Source of the DNA: Octopus bimaculoides
Lineage: Eukaryota
Reading direction: 5' to 3'
Length of the DNA: 34,429 bases
Assembly: GCF_001194135.2 (NCBI RefSeq)
Contig: NC_068992.1
Span: 34,069,032 to 34,103,460 of the forward strand
The translations under genes and the position numbers were made by a program. The notes under the pieces are model-generated. The model was given only the letters and a program-made list of their open reading frames with translations, made no database searches and was not told the DNA's origin. Of this stretch, positions 21,044 through 32,950 are shown piece after piece (positions within the stretch are counted from its first letter, which is position 1; the number at the start of each line of letters is the position of its first letter).

Positions 21044-21185
21044 GACAGGCTTTATATAATTTCTGCCAAGCAAATTTACAATTTCTCTCATAGGGCATTG
21101 GTCAGCCCTGTGCTATAGGAGAAAACACCCAAAGGGACTAAACTCCAAGCCACTTGACTGAAGCTAACTTCTTAAATACACAGCC
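21044..21185 (-). mobile_element. Degraded SINE 5' half
   Basis: GACAGGCTT...GGCATTGGTCAGCCC.GTGCTATAGGAGAAAACAC...GGGACTAAAC resembles 5010-5160. Confidence 0.55.
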
Positions 21186-21229
21186 TAGCTTATACATCTA
21201 TTTATATACAGAGAGAAAGAGAGACAGAT

Positions 21230-21233
21230 ATAA

Positions 21234-21265
<32 letters not shown>

Positions 21266-21304
21266 ATACACACACACACACACACACATATATGTATATA
21301 TATA
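21230..21304. repeat. (TG)n(CA)n(TA)n compound microsatellite
   Basis: Directly visible. It provides the TA target of the mariner. Confidence 0.95.
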
Positions 21305-22593
21305 TCAGGTTATCCCATATGTTCTGTCTGAATTTTGAATAAAAGAAACAAGTGATCAAATGTTATATTTAATAAAAATTTAATCATCAATGTACTTTCC
21401 CTGATTATCTATGACTTCCTTCCATCTATTTACAAGCTTTTTAATCCCATCAATGCAAAACTCTTTTGGTTTCAAAGCGAAGTACTCTGAAATGTCAGTT
21501 TCAACCTCCTCCTGGCTTGTGAAAGTTATGTCCCCCAAATGATTCTGTAAACTACGAAACAAATGGTAGTCTGAAGGAGCAAGGTCGGGAGAATAAGGTG
21601 GATGTGGAATTTTTTTCCAACCAAGCTCTTCGATCTTCTGTGAAGTGATCTTTGCAGTGTGGGGTTGCGCATTGTCCTGATGAAACATCACTCCTTTCCG
21701 ATTCACTAAAGCAGGTTTTTTTTTCCTTCAAAGCTTGGTTGAAACGCTCTAATTGCTGACAGTAGACTTGAGCATTGATTGTTGCATTAGGTGGTAACAA
21801 TTCAAAGCGAATTACTCCTTTGCAATCCTACCAGATAGTGAGAAGAACCTTTTTGTCCATGAAGTTCCCTTCTCGGTTGTGGTTCAGCTATTTCCCTTTT
21901 ACCAAGCCACTGTTTACAACATTTAGCATTTCGATAGAAGATCCATTTTTCATCACCAGTCACAAGTCTATCCAAAAAGGGTGAAATGAGTTCACAAGAA
22001 TAGAGAGAACAGCAGATGTCAACTCAGGATTTGCAGTGCTTTCGGACAATTCATGAGGCACACATTTCCCAACTTTAGGAAGCTTTCCAAGTTGTTGAAG
22101 ATGACGATGAACAGTTGTATGGTTTGAACTAAGCTTTATTGCCAATTCGTCAACTGATAATGCAGGATTTTCTTCAAGTAATGCCTCAAGGAGCTTATCA
22201 TCAAACTCAACTGTACGTCCTGTTCGATCTTCATCTGCAAGGCTGAAATCTCCATTTTTGAATTTTGCAAACCATCTTCTGCAAGTTCTTTTATTCAAGC
22301 ATTCTTTCCCATAAACTGAGTGCAAGTTTCGAGTCGCTTCGGCTGCAGAGCTTCTTTTTTTGTACTCATAAAGCATTATGTGCCTCAAATGCTTTTTGGA
22401 TACTTCCATGTTAGAAAGGGTTTTAATCAAAGGAATGTTAATTCTATTATTCTGTAAAGTAATATTTAATTAGTCTAAATGTACACAAATGCATAAAAAT
22501 AATTTTTAATTCCATTAGACATTCTAAAATACTATTAAATTTCATTCAATTTTATAAAAGGTAAAATCGGACAGAACTTATGGGATGACTTGA
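21305..22593 (-). mobile_element. Complete mariner (DD34D) DNA transposon, 1,289 bp
   Basis: Left TIR TCAGGTTATCCCATATGTTCTGTCTGA (from 21305) versus right TIR reverse complement TCAAGTCATCCCATAAGTTCTGTCCGA (ending 22593), 4 mismatches in 27. TA on both flanks. Confidence 0.95.
21380..22409 (-). pseudogene. Mariner transposase pseudogene
   Basis: MEVSKKHLRHIMLYEYK..., CVPHEL (WVPHEL motif), VTGDEKW, HQDNAQPH and HPPYSPDLAPSDYHLF, with exactly 34 residues between the 2nd and 3rd Asp. Three frameshifts (net +1; 1,030 nt) and two nonsense codons. Confidence 0.95.
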
Positions 22594-22611
22594 TATATGT
22601 ATAAGTATATA

Positions 22612-23422
22612 AACATTGCAGATATTCAAAAAACTAATTCCATCACATGCCAGTGGGGAGAAACTAGAAGTAGTTGATAACTTCCACTACCTAGGTGACC
22701 AAGTCTGCAGTGGCGGTGGGTGCTCAGAGAGTGTTATCACTAGAATAAGAATAGCCTGGGCAAAGTTCAGAAAGCTCCTACCTCTACTGGTGACAAAGAG
22801 CCTCTCACTCAGAGTGAAAGGTAGATTATATGATGCATATGTGCAAACTGCCATGCTATATGGCAGTGAAACATGGGCCTTGACTGCTGAAGACTTGCAT
22901 AAGCTCGAAAGAAATGAAGCTAGTATGATCCGCTGGATGTGTAATGTCAGTATGCCCACATGACAGTGTGTAAGTGCCCTGAGAGAAATGTTGTACATAA
23001 GAAGCATCAGATGTGGTGTGCAAGAAAGACAACTGTGTTAGTATGGTCATATGCTGTATATGGATGAGGAGAGCTGTGTGAAGAAACGTCACTCCCATGT
23101 AAAAAGCACCATCTGAACATGGTCGATGCCAGCTCCCTCACCCTGACTGGCTCCTGTGCTATTGGCATGTAAAAAGTATGATCCGAACATGGCCAATGCC
23201 TGTGCTGTCTGACTGGCTCCCATGCCGGTCGCACATAAAAAGCACCCACTACACTCTCTGAGTGGTGGGCATTGGGAAGGGCATCCAGCTGTAGAAACAT
23301 TGCCAGATCAGATTAGAGCCTGGTGCAGCCTCCTGGTTTGCCAGTCCCTAGTCAAACAGTCCAATCCATGCCAGCCTGCAAAATGGATGTTAAACGATGA
23401 TGATGATGATGATGATGATGAT
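22612..23422 (+). mobile_element. 5'-truncated, internally deleted RTE-clade LINE
   Basis: GEKLEVVDNFHYLGDQ...RIRIAWAKFR...MLYGSETW...MIRWMC (22616-22963), 3' UTR units and a (GAT)9 tail. Confidence 0.93.
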
Positions 23423-24761
23423 GAAAAATGTGTGCATGTGTGTGTTTGTCACAAATAAAGTAAAATAAAAATCAATGAAACAACTATAAGAGGAGTAGGA
23501 GCATGCAAGCAATCACTATAAATTTTTGTTCAAAACAACAAGCATGGCATCAGAAGAATCATGCGAGGCTATAATAATTACAGAAGTAGCCTCAGATGCT
23601 GCCAAAAACAAACAAGTAGGAACTTCTGTTAAAAATATTTAACAAGGATACACAGGGTTAACAGAGCGGTTTTGTGAGCTAGTCACAGAGCTCAGAGACA
23701 GCATCTGACTACTTTACATTTAAGAGACTACAAGCTGAGAATCTGCCTTCCTAGAACCGCCAATATCTTAACAATAATAACGTAGCAAAGAGAAAGTATC
23801 AACATAGTTTCATAAGGATAGAATTGATGCTGCAAAGACTCACATGGTTGTAAAGATCCATTCTTAATCAACTGAACCATAATGGAAGGCTGCAGAAGGA
23901 TGTGTAAAGCATGGATTCACAAACAGAAGGTGTTTTAATAAAATAAATGGCAATCTTTTGAGGTGGGAGTAAATTTGAAAGAAATATATTTCCAAATGAA
24001 AAGAAAAAAAAATTGTAAACAAGATATGCTAAATGATGGTAGCAGTTCAGACACACATAACCGGTCATTTTAGAAAAACAGTTTCAAACAGAAGTAGAAA
24101 AATAGATGATATTAATTTTATATATTTAATTTCTTGCATGCATATACATGTATACATATATACTTATATATATATTGAGGGGATAATTGTAATTCTGGCT
24201 ATTGCCTCATTAGTACAGCATGCAGGATCCTGGTGACAGTAGCATTCGAAATTAATAGGAGATTCATAAGACTTCAATTGATATTACAGTGAGCAATACA
24301 CAACTATAAGGTAAGAACCAGAAGGCTTAATATAAACCCAGCAGAGTGAGTAATGTACGGGGTGGGGTGGAGATAGATATGTTTATAAATACTTTGCTAT
24401 TAGCAATGGAAATAGCATCAGCTCAAAATAGCAATCTGCATAGAATATTTAAAGCAGACATTCATTGAAAGTTTGCTAAACTGTGGTATTCATATTGAGA
24501 AAACATCTCTAATAAAAGTACAGTTAAAGTCACAGAAATATATCAGCAGCAGATGAAATTCTCCCTGTAGTGTAAGTGGCATTACTAAATACATGTTTCT
24601 ACATTTTTGAGCTTTGTCAGTAGCAGGTGTACTCTGGTACCACCACATGATAAAAGACAACCAGTTGCTACTGATATAGCGAAACAGTGACTGGAGATAC
24701 AAAGACAACACTGTTTTCAATAGAGTTTTTATCACTGTATCTGATTGTTTACATACTTCAA

Positions 24762-24763
24762 AA

Positions 24764-24798
<35 letters not shown>

Positions 24799-24842
24799 TG
24801 TGTGAATGTGCATGTGTATGTATGTATGCATGTATATATGTA
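24762..24842. repeat. (TG)n/(TATG)n microsatellite
   Basis: Directly visible. Confidence 0.95.
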
Positions 24843-25287
24843 TATTAACTCTATTGTTATGAAACAATCAGCATTTTTGATGACTCAGGTATGTTAGTAA
24901 GTATATATTACAATGTATAAGATAAAAAAGGTAAATAATTATAAAGACAAATATAAAGAGAGTTACTATAATTATAATAATTACCATACAAAATAAAAAT
25001 TATAATTATAATTTAAATTTAAATTCAAAAACTATTCGTAAAAAACAAAAATCAAGGAATAAAAATTAAAATATGTAACGAGAGCAACAGACAATGAAGG
25101 TGAAAAATTTGCCAGTAACATGAACAAAATGGTAAAATAAAATGATGAATAAATATGAAGAAAAAAAGGTAAATATGATATCACTTCAGAAATCATAGTT
25201 AACAGGCATGATTCAAATAGTACATATTGTGTGAGGAGTAGACAGAGTGGAATAATCGAGGAATAAATTAAATAATAGAGATTCCAG

Positions 25288-25380
25288 CTATATATATATG
25301 TGTGTGTGTGCGTGTGTGTATGCACTAACGTGTGTGCATGTGTGTGTGTGTGAGTACACCTGCATGCTTGTGTGTGTGTT
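25288..25380. repeat. (TA)n/(TG)n degenerate microsatellite
   Basis: Directly visible. Confidence 0.9.
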
Positions 25381-26847
25381 ACTTGTACTTTTGCAGCAGT
25401 AGATGGGTTTTTTTTTTATTTCCTTGATAGTTTCCCTGATAATTTCACAACATGAGGTAAAAAATAAAGAACAACTTGTTTCCAGTGCATGTTCATATTA
25501 GCGATCAGATTACCTATTTCTGCAACAGTTGATCTTGTTCACTTTCACTCTGGGTGAATATATATATATCTTATTTTATATTTTTGTTTTTTTTTCTCAT
25601 ATAATTTTCTTTCCTACATTTGATGTCTGCCTGACTAAACAAACTTTTCTTCTCCATTTCGTATTCAAATTTTTTATGACAGCTTAAATAATCTTTATCT
25701 GAAAAAATATCTGTCTCTTAATGTGCTTTCATTGAATTAAACTGTTGCAAGCAACCATGTCAAACATGCCCTTATGGCATTTCCATTGTAGGAATGGCCT
25801 TATGAGGCTACGTATAGGTTATTACAGCCTTATGCATGTGTAGAGATGTGTTTGTATGTATGAGTATGTCTGTATGTAAACAGGGAACAGTTTGATGCCT
25901 TTTTATTAAGGATTTTCCATATTTCCTAATTAGTTCTTGATATTTACTTTGGAACATTAGGCTTTCTATGCCCATTAGCCCATTAACATTTTGTTACCTT
26001 CACAATTATATTATAAGAATAAAATGATGATAATAATGGTTCATTACTTCTGTATTTTGTGTTAGGTCACATAGTAGCATAGACATACCACTGTAACACA
26101 TCAAATCCTCAATACCGTATTTAAAAATTATTCTAGGGTAAGTTGTAGATTTTGTGATTTATCTTTCTGTACATTTTATATTTGTGCTGATATTTTTATT
26201 ATTTTATCATTAGTAAAGCTTCCATGTGGAATTCTATATGAAATTGCTGTGCTGGCAACTAACGTTTTCAATCTAAAATAATTTGTGTACTGTATTATTA
26301 TGAGCTGCATTAATTGCTTCTTGTTAATGCATGGTCAATGTATGAAAAGGCAACGTAAATCCTCATCGACATGAATCCATAAACTAGTAAACTATAAAAC
26401 TTACGTAAGACAACTAATGCATAGTACAAATTTCTAAGTAAACATGAAAGTTGCAAACTTTATTCCTCAGACTGTTATATTATACTTCTTATTATTTAAC
26501 TGAATTTATAAAAAGGAACAATCATAACAGTTTATTGTTCAGTACATCAAATAAACATTTTGCTTCAAAACAGAGATAGTTTGTTTAACAAACATCAGGA
26601 GTGGATCATATCATGATGGTTTCATTTCATGAAATGATCCTAGATATTTGAAAAAGTGATAACATATAGGGAAATATATGAGTAAGGTGGATGCAGTAAA
26701 ATATTTAACTTATTTCTTATAATATTCAAAGAGCAATTTATCAAGTGTGAGATTAGTGTTGCTCCAATTTACTCAGCTGCAAATATATAACCTTCAAAAG
26801 CTACAACAATGCAAGGAAATACATTGTGAGGACAGAACTTAAAGAAG

Positions 26848-27395
26848 TGCTGATCTCTAGTTGTGGAGGAAATCTGTGGAAGAGATAGACTTAGCAAGAC
26901 GTCAGATGAAGTGGTAAAAAAGGATCTTCAGATACTAGACCATACTGAGGAGATAACAAGGGACTGGGAACTGTGGTGATTTGAGGGACTGGGAGATAAC
27001 AAAAGACTGGGAGATGTGGCTATACTTTGCAAGATACGTCAAGCTAAGTAAAATTTGCTGCCATCCATACATACAGGCATATCCTTTATGGCCATGCCCC
27101 AACTCCCTCTCCCAGATGAGAGGTCTTTGTCTTGCATGTGCTGGTGCCATGTAATATGCACTCACTTTGGTCCCTTGTAAAATGCACTCATGCCAGTGTC
27201 ATGTAGATGCACCCATGTCAGGAGGTAAATATAACCCAGCACACTCTGTAAAGTGGTTGGTGTTAGGAAGAGCATCAAGCTGCAGAAACCATGCCTTAAC
27301 AGACAGTTAAAGCCTGGACAGCTCTCTGGCTGATCAGTCCCTGTCAAACTGTCCAACTCATGTTAGCATGAAAAACAGACGTTAAACGATGATGA
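26848..27395 (+). mobile_element. RTE-clade LINE 3' end, second subfamily
   Basis: Decayed C-terminus VVEEICGRDRLSKTSDEVVKKDLQILDHTEEIT parallels VEGIYGRGRPRKTWGE at 28975-29030. Carries 26-bp UTR units and a GTTAAACGATGATGAT tail. Confidence 0.8.
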
Positions 27396-27509
27396 TGATA
27401 ATGACATGCACACACACACACACATATATNNNNNNNNNNTATATATATATGTATATATATATATATATATAAATATATATACTCTCACACACACACACAC
27501 ACACACACA

Positions 27510-27720
27510 CAATAGTGCCCATGGCATGATAAAAAACCCACAATACAACAACACACTGTAAAATAGTTGCAAAAGAAAACTTGCCAAAGCATGATGTAGC
27601 CCTTGGACTTATCAGATCCTTGTCGAAACATCCAACCCTTGCCTTGCACCTTACCCTACTGAATCTTATAAAGAGCTTCTTTCAGCATGGAACATGAACT
27701 TTAAATGATAGCGATGTTGA
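27510..27720 (+). mobile_element. Degraded RTE 3' terminus
   Basis: GGCATGATAAAAAACCCA...GAAAACTTGCCA...CATCCAACCCTTGCC...AGCATGGAAC...TTAAATGAT. Confidence 0.6.
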
Positions 27721-27845
27721 TCACTCTCTCTCTCTCTCTCTCTCTCTCTCGCNNNNNNNNNNNNNNNNNNNNNNCACACACACACACACATATATATACA
27801 GATATATATATACACATATATATACACATACATATATATATGTAG

Positions 27846-29503
27846 TTTGAGTTTCTGCCAGGGAGAAGCACCACTAATACTATATTTCTGGTAAGACAGT
27901 TTCAGGAGAAATTCTTAGCTAAAGATAAAACTCTGTACTTGGCTTTCGTCAACACGGAGAAGGCTTTGAGAAAGTCCCATGATCCCTTATCTAGTGGTCA
28001 ATGTGGAAACTAGGGATAGATGAGTGGTTGGTGAGATCTGTACAAGCCATGTACAGGGATGCTGTCAGCAAGGTGAGGGTTGGCAATTAGTATAGTGAGG
28101 AATTCCAGGTAGAATTAAGGGGTTCATCAATGATCAGTCATCAGCCCCCTCCTATTAATCATATTTCTCCAGGCAATAAAAAAGGAATTCCAGACAGGAT
28201 GCCCCTCTATGCTGATGACCTTGCTCTAATAGCTGAGTCACTACCAGAACTAGAGAAGAAATTTCAGGCGTGGAAGCAAGGTCTTGAATCGAAGGGCTTT
28301 AGAATCAATCTAGCAAAAGTCTAAGTCTTAGTAACTAGGGAGGCAGACAAATCACAAATCCCTTCAGGTAAATGGCCCTGCTCAATCTGTTGAAAAGGCA
28401 TAGAAACTCCATAAGATGTACCCGGTGTAAGCTATGGACACATAGGAGGTGCAACAATATCAAAGGAATGTTAACTGGGAAGGTAGTTTTTGTGTGTGAC
28501 AGATGCACAGGAGCAATAAACACTGAAGATGTACATAAAACATTCCATTGCATGCAAGGGAGAAAAACTAGAATTAGTTTATAGCTTCTATTACCTAGGT
28601 GACCAAATCAGTAGCAGGAATGGATGCTCTGAAAGCGTAGCTGCTAGACTAAGAATAGCCTGGGCAAAGTTCAGAGAGCTCCTTCTTGGCCTCATGCTGA
28701 GATGATGCCTAAGTGTGAACAGCCATGCTACACAGCAGTGAAACATGGGCTGTGACTGCTGAGGGCATTCATAGGCTTGAAAGAAATGAAGCTAGTATGC
28801 TCCGCTGGATGTGTAATGTCAGTGTGCCCACACAACAGAGTGTAAGTGTCCTGAGAGATAACTTTTGACCTCTGTGCATCAGATGTGGTGTGCAAGAGAG
28901 ATCACTGTGTTGGTATAATCATGTGTTGCATAAGGATGGGGACAACTATGTGAAGAAGTGTCACACCTTAACAGTCGAGGGAATCTATGGAAGAGGTAGA
29001 CCCAGGAAGACATGGGGTGAGATCGGAAAGCATTACCTACAAACATTGGGTCCCACAAAGGCAATGGAGATATGATGTGCTTGAAAAGACCTGCCAAGCC
29101 AAGTGAGATCGCAGCCGTGGCTGATGTGAGTGTCACATAACTGGCCTGTTTAAAAGTATCCCTTCAATCATCGGGCAATATGCTATGCTTGAGAAGACTT
29201 GTTGCACCAAGTGAAACTGTAGTTGTGGCTAATGCCAGTGCCACCCGACTGGCACCTGTGCCACTGGCATGTAAAAAGCACCATCTGAGCATGGTCGATG
29301 CCAGTTCTACCTGACTGGCTCCTGTACCAGTAGCATGTAAAAAGCACCCACTACACTCTTGGAGTGGTTAGCGTTAGGAAGAGCATCCAGCTTTAGAAAC
29401 CTTGCCAGATCAGATTGGAGCCTCGTACAGCCACCTGGCTTGCCAGTCCACAGATCATCCAGTCCATGCCAACATGTAGAGTGGACATTAAACGATGATG
29501 ATA
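27846..29503 (+). mobile_element. RTE-clade LINE, 5'-truncated within RT, with PHD-finger insertion
   Basis: IFLVRQFQEKFLAKDKTLYLAFV..EKAF, MYRDAVSKVRVG, SPLL, LYADDLALIA (28204-28233), C4HC3 at 28379-28506, FYYLGDQ, RIAWAKFREL, SETW, MLRWMC, GRGRPRKTW, then 3' UTR and GAT tail. Many stops and frameshifts. Confidence 0.95.
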
Positions 29504-29796
29504 TACACACACACACACACATATATAAGTAATGTCATTTGCTGTGTCAAAGTGGATGTTCCGTGTTACTCCTAGTTTAACCCCAGCCACATTGTCCACC
29601 AGCTGATTATAGGTGTGACACTGCAACCTCTATATACAATATATATTGCCAGTAGGAGGGGCAGAACCCTACCATCATCTAGCAGACACGGGATCACAAG
29701 ACTGACTCAGTCTCGAGCTGCTTGTCATGAGTCCTTAGTCATGAGTACCTGGCCACCAGAGTGATAGCCAGAGTTTGCCCCCACTAGCAATATATT

Positions 29797-29802
29797 GTGA
29801 AC

Positions 29803-29833
<31 letters not shown>

Positions 29834-29835
29834 TA

Positions 29836-29890
<55 letters not shown>
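29797..29890. repeat. (TATG)n(TA)n microsatellite
   Basis: Directly visible. Confidence 0.97.
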
Positions 29891-29892
<2 letters not shown>

Positions 29893-30143
29893 TCATCATC
29901 ATCATCGTTTAATGTCCGCTTTCCATGCTAGCATGGGTTGGATGATTTGACTGAGGATTGGCAAACCAGATGGCTGCATCAGGCTCCAATCGTATCTGGC
30001 AGAGTTTCTACAGCTGGATGCCCTTCCTAATGCCAACCACTTCGAGACTGTAGTGGGTGATTTTACGTGCCACCGGCATAAGGGCCAGTCTGGTGGTACT
30101 GGCAATGGCCATGCTCAAAATGTGTTTTTACATGCTAACTGCA
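29891..30143 (-). mobile_element. RTE-clade LINE 3' terminus
   Basis: (ATC)n tail, CCATGCTAGCATGG at 29923-29936, and one full plus one partial UTR unit. Confidence 0.92.
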
Positions 30144-30455
30144 TTGAAACTGGCTTATGCTTATTGTCCGATCCGCATATACTGCATTAATATTCTTCAC
30201 ACTTTCCGTTGCATTGTTACCTTTATTGAATTCATAAAGTAAAATATGCTGAATATACTCCTTTGTCACTTTCATTATAGCTTTGAAAAAATAACTGTTA
30301 AAATCGAACTGCACTCTTCAAAACTTGCTCTAAGAATAAGTACATGGTAAAATTACTACCTACATTTATAGTAAGTTGATGCAGGTAGTTTATCCTGTCT
30401 CCCTCTGACTTTTAGTTCATGCCATTGAAAAAAAAACATTATTTAAGGGATGACC

Positions 30456-30485
30456 CAATATATATCTATATATCTATATCTATCA

Positions 30486-30519
<34 letters not shown>

Positions 30520-30535
30520 ATATGTATATATATCT
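30456..30535. repeat. (TA)n/(TATC)n microsatellite
   Basis: Directly visible. Confidence 0.95.
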
Positions 30536-30803
30536 TTCCGTCCTTGTTTCCGTATATATTCGCTGCTTTCTTCCAAGGAATCTAATGCTCTTAGCTTAGT
30601 TTTTCCTTGGGGTTGGCCAGATTGGAGCAATCTCGAGTATAACCAGATGAAATTGCAAGTATAATCTAGAACTCGACTGAGGAAAGAAAACTCCGAATAA
30701 CCTGTCCTTGTTTACTTTGTATCGTCTAGATGGATGTTTTGTTATCCCTTTCTTGTATCACCTAACTGTCTGGATGTTTTGCATTCTTGTCCCATTTTCT
30801 ATT
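30536..30803. mobile_element. Probable Penelope-like terminal fragment
   Basis: A CpG-retaining block between two microsatellites containing a degenerate CTGAGGA...CGAA motif. Family assignment is from memory only. Confidence 0.4.
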
Positions 30804-31181
30804 GATATATATATATATATATATATATAGTTGTAGGGAAAACAACCAAGGTTCATGAACTCATCGATGAAAATCCATTGTCACTGTGAAACTTAATTTA
30901 ATTTTAATTTTTAATAAATTGATTTCAATTGAGTTTTTACCTGTAATTTTGGATTTNNNNNNNNNNNNNNNNNNNNNNNNNNNNNNNNNNNNNNNNNNNN
31001 NNNNNNNNNNNNNNNNNNNNNNNNNNNNNNNNNNNNNNNNNNNNNNNNNNNNNNNNNNNNNNNNNNNNNNNNNNNNNNNNNNNNNNNNNNNNNNNNNNNN
31101 NNNNNNNNNNNNNNNNNNNNNNNNNNNNNNNNNNNNNNNNNNNNNNNNNNNNNNNNNNNNNNNNNNNNNNNNNNNNNNNNN

Positions 31182-31245
<64 letters not shown>

Positions 31246-31417
31246 CATATATTATATGATGGAATTTCCTGTTAAAGATGATCTATGAGTATTCAGTTTT
31301 TGTTGAATAATCTGCCTAAATGATTTGTTTATAGAGTTCAAATGTATGTGTTCTACTTTAGTTCACTCCTCTCATCAAATGGATATTGCTTCTACAAGAG
31401 TACAAGTGTGATATGCA

Positions 31418-31553
31418 TCAAATGCCGATGTGATTACAGAGCAATGTGAAATGTAGTGTTATGCTCAAAAACACAACACATTGCCTGATCCAGGAATCGA
31501 ATCCATGATCTAGTGATCTTGAGTGGAATGCCCTAACCACTAAGCCATACATT
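31418..31553 (-). mobile_element. tRNA-head SINE (third family)
   Basis: Minus strand has A-box TGGCTTAGTGG (31547-31537) and B-box GGATTCGATTCC (31504-31493), followed by GTGTTGTGTTTTTGAGCATAACAC. Confidence 0.75.
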
Positions 31554-32729
31554 TTCACACACACACATATACATATATAGAGAGAGAGACACACGCTCAC
31601 TCTCATATACATACACTCACATATACACACTCACACACAAATTTTCCTCATCACATTGAACACTTTTACTTTCACCAAATATTTAAATTGCTAACTTAAT
31701 TACAGATATTAGGAACTATAGAGATCAACACAGTTTGCTCTGAAAGGTTATGTGATCAGTAAAATGGAGATTAAAATATCATGAGAGGAAATCCAATCTC
31801 CTAGTTGACTAGATTTAACATCACGTTTGTTGGCCATGTATTCAATTGGTCATACATTTAAACAGACAGCATTCAGAGTGCCTATAGAAGTGTAGCAGAC
31901 GTAATTCCGGCTTGGTCTTCGAAGCAAAATCACACACATGTGCACATGCATACACACACACACACATGCACACACACATACACACACACACACATGCACA
32001 TGAGATATAAATACATACATACAAACACACATTGACACACACACATAGCCATTTATATAGTTATCTATATTTTCAGAATATTTCTCCATATTATGCTTCA
32101 GTAATATATAACAAATCGAACAGCTGAATCTCCATATGGTCTATGGTCTCAGGAAATAATGTATTATATCTAAGTGACATAAACAATGGAGAGAAATGAT
32201 CATTGATCACTAAACCAGAAATCCTTAGCCTAGAACAATATTAGTAATGATTAAGTTGCATGAAAAAAATGTTGACAGAGAAACAATTTAAGTATTTATA
32301 AGAGACATTAGTCACTCTAAGATAAAATCTTTATCCATCTTACAAATATATTTTCAGTTAAACATATTTTATGTACTTAAATTGGGTAATCTTTAGATGT
32401 TATTACTGATTGGTAGCAGCTTAATTCCTTTCCATTCCCCATAAAAATGTAAAAAATAAAGTGTTCTCTTCAGTGAGATATAATACAACCTATTAACAAT
32501 AGTCACATCTTTGTAACTTCTTATCCTTTTACTTGTAAAAGTTCACGTAGTAGATGTTAATCCGTACCATGCAATTGTTAGATTTTTGCAAAGACTAAGA
32601 AGATATTGTAAATTGCAGAGACTTTGCAACCTTGTACCTCCCCCTACTAAAACTTCTAAAGTGGATGAATTACCAGAAAATACAAGATAGTTCTTTTGAT
32701 GAATGTATGTTTCATAATTCTTCCCTTAA

Positions 32730-32950
32730 TATTGGTTTCAAATTTTAGCTCAAGGCCAACCGTTTTTTGGTGGGAGAGTTAAACCAACTCCAGTGTTCAG
32801 CTGGTACCTATTTTATTGACCCTAAAAGGATGAAAAGCAAACTCAACCCCAGTCGAATTTGAACTCAGAATGCAAAGATGGATAAAATACTGTAAAATAC
32901 TGCTTAGCATTTTGCCTGACAAACTAATGGTTCTGCCAGCTCACCACCCC
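32730..32950 (-). mobile_element. Nin-type tRNA SINE
   Basis: The reverse complement aligns with 58-281 (GAGCTGGCAGAA...CTGAGTTCAAATTC...TTTGCTTTTCATCCTTTTAGGGTCAATAAAATAGGTACCAG). Confidence 0.85.

Noticed and set aside
21380-22430. Domesticated SETMAR-like gene
   Set aside because: No SET domain or splice linkage is present, the TIRs are intact and the ORF has frameshifts and stops. It is an ordinary dead mariner.
23592-23708. 10-bp inverted repeat TCAGATGCTG/CAGCATCTGA and a nearby 32-codon ATG ORF
   Set aside because: A few such short inverted repeats are expected by chance in 34 kb, and the ORF is short and unrecognised.
24490-24867. 125-aa minus-strand ORF
   Set aside because: The N-terminal third is microsatellite translation, and the remainder has no recognisable motif or convincing donor.
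26622-26637. Perfect 16-bp palindrome TCATTTCATGAAATGA
   Set aside because: About one such palindrome is expected by chance in an AT-rich window of this size, and there is no supporting context.
30670-30710. Third hammerhead candidate CTGAGGA...CGAA
   Set aside because: Stem II does not close, the A after GAA is missing, and no stem I or stem III pairing is found.
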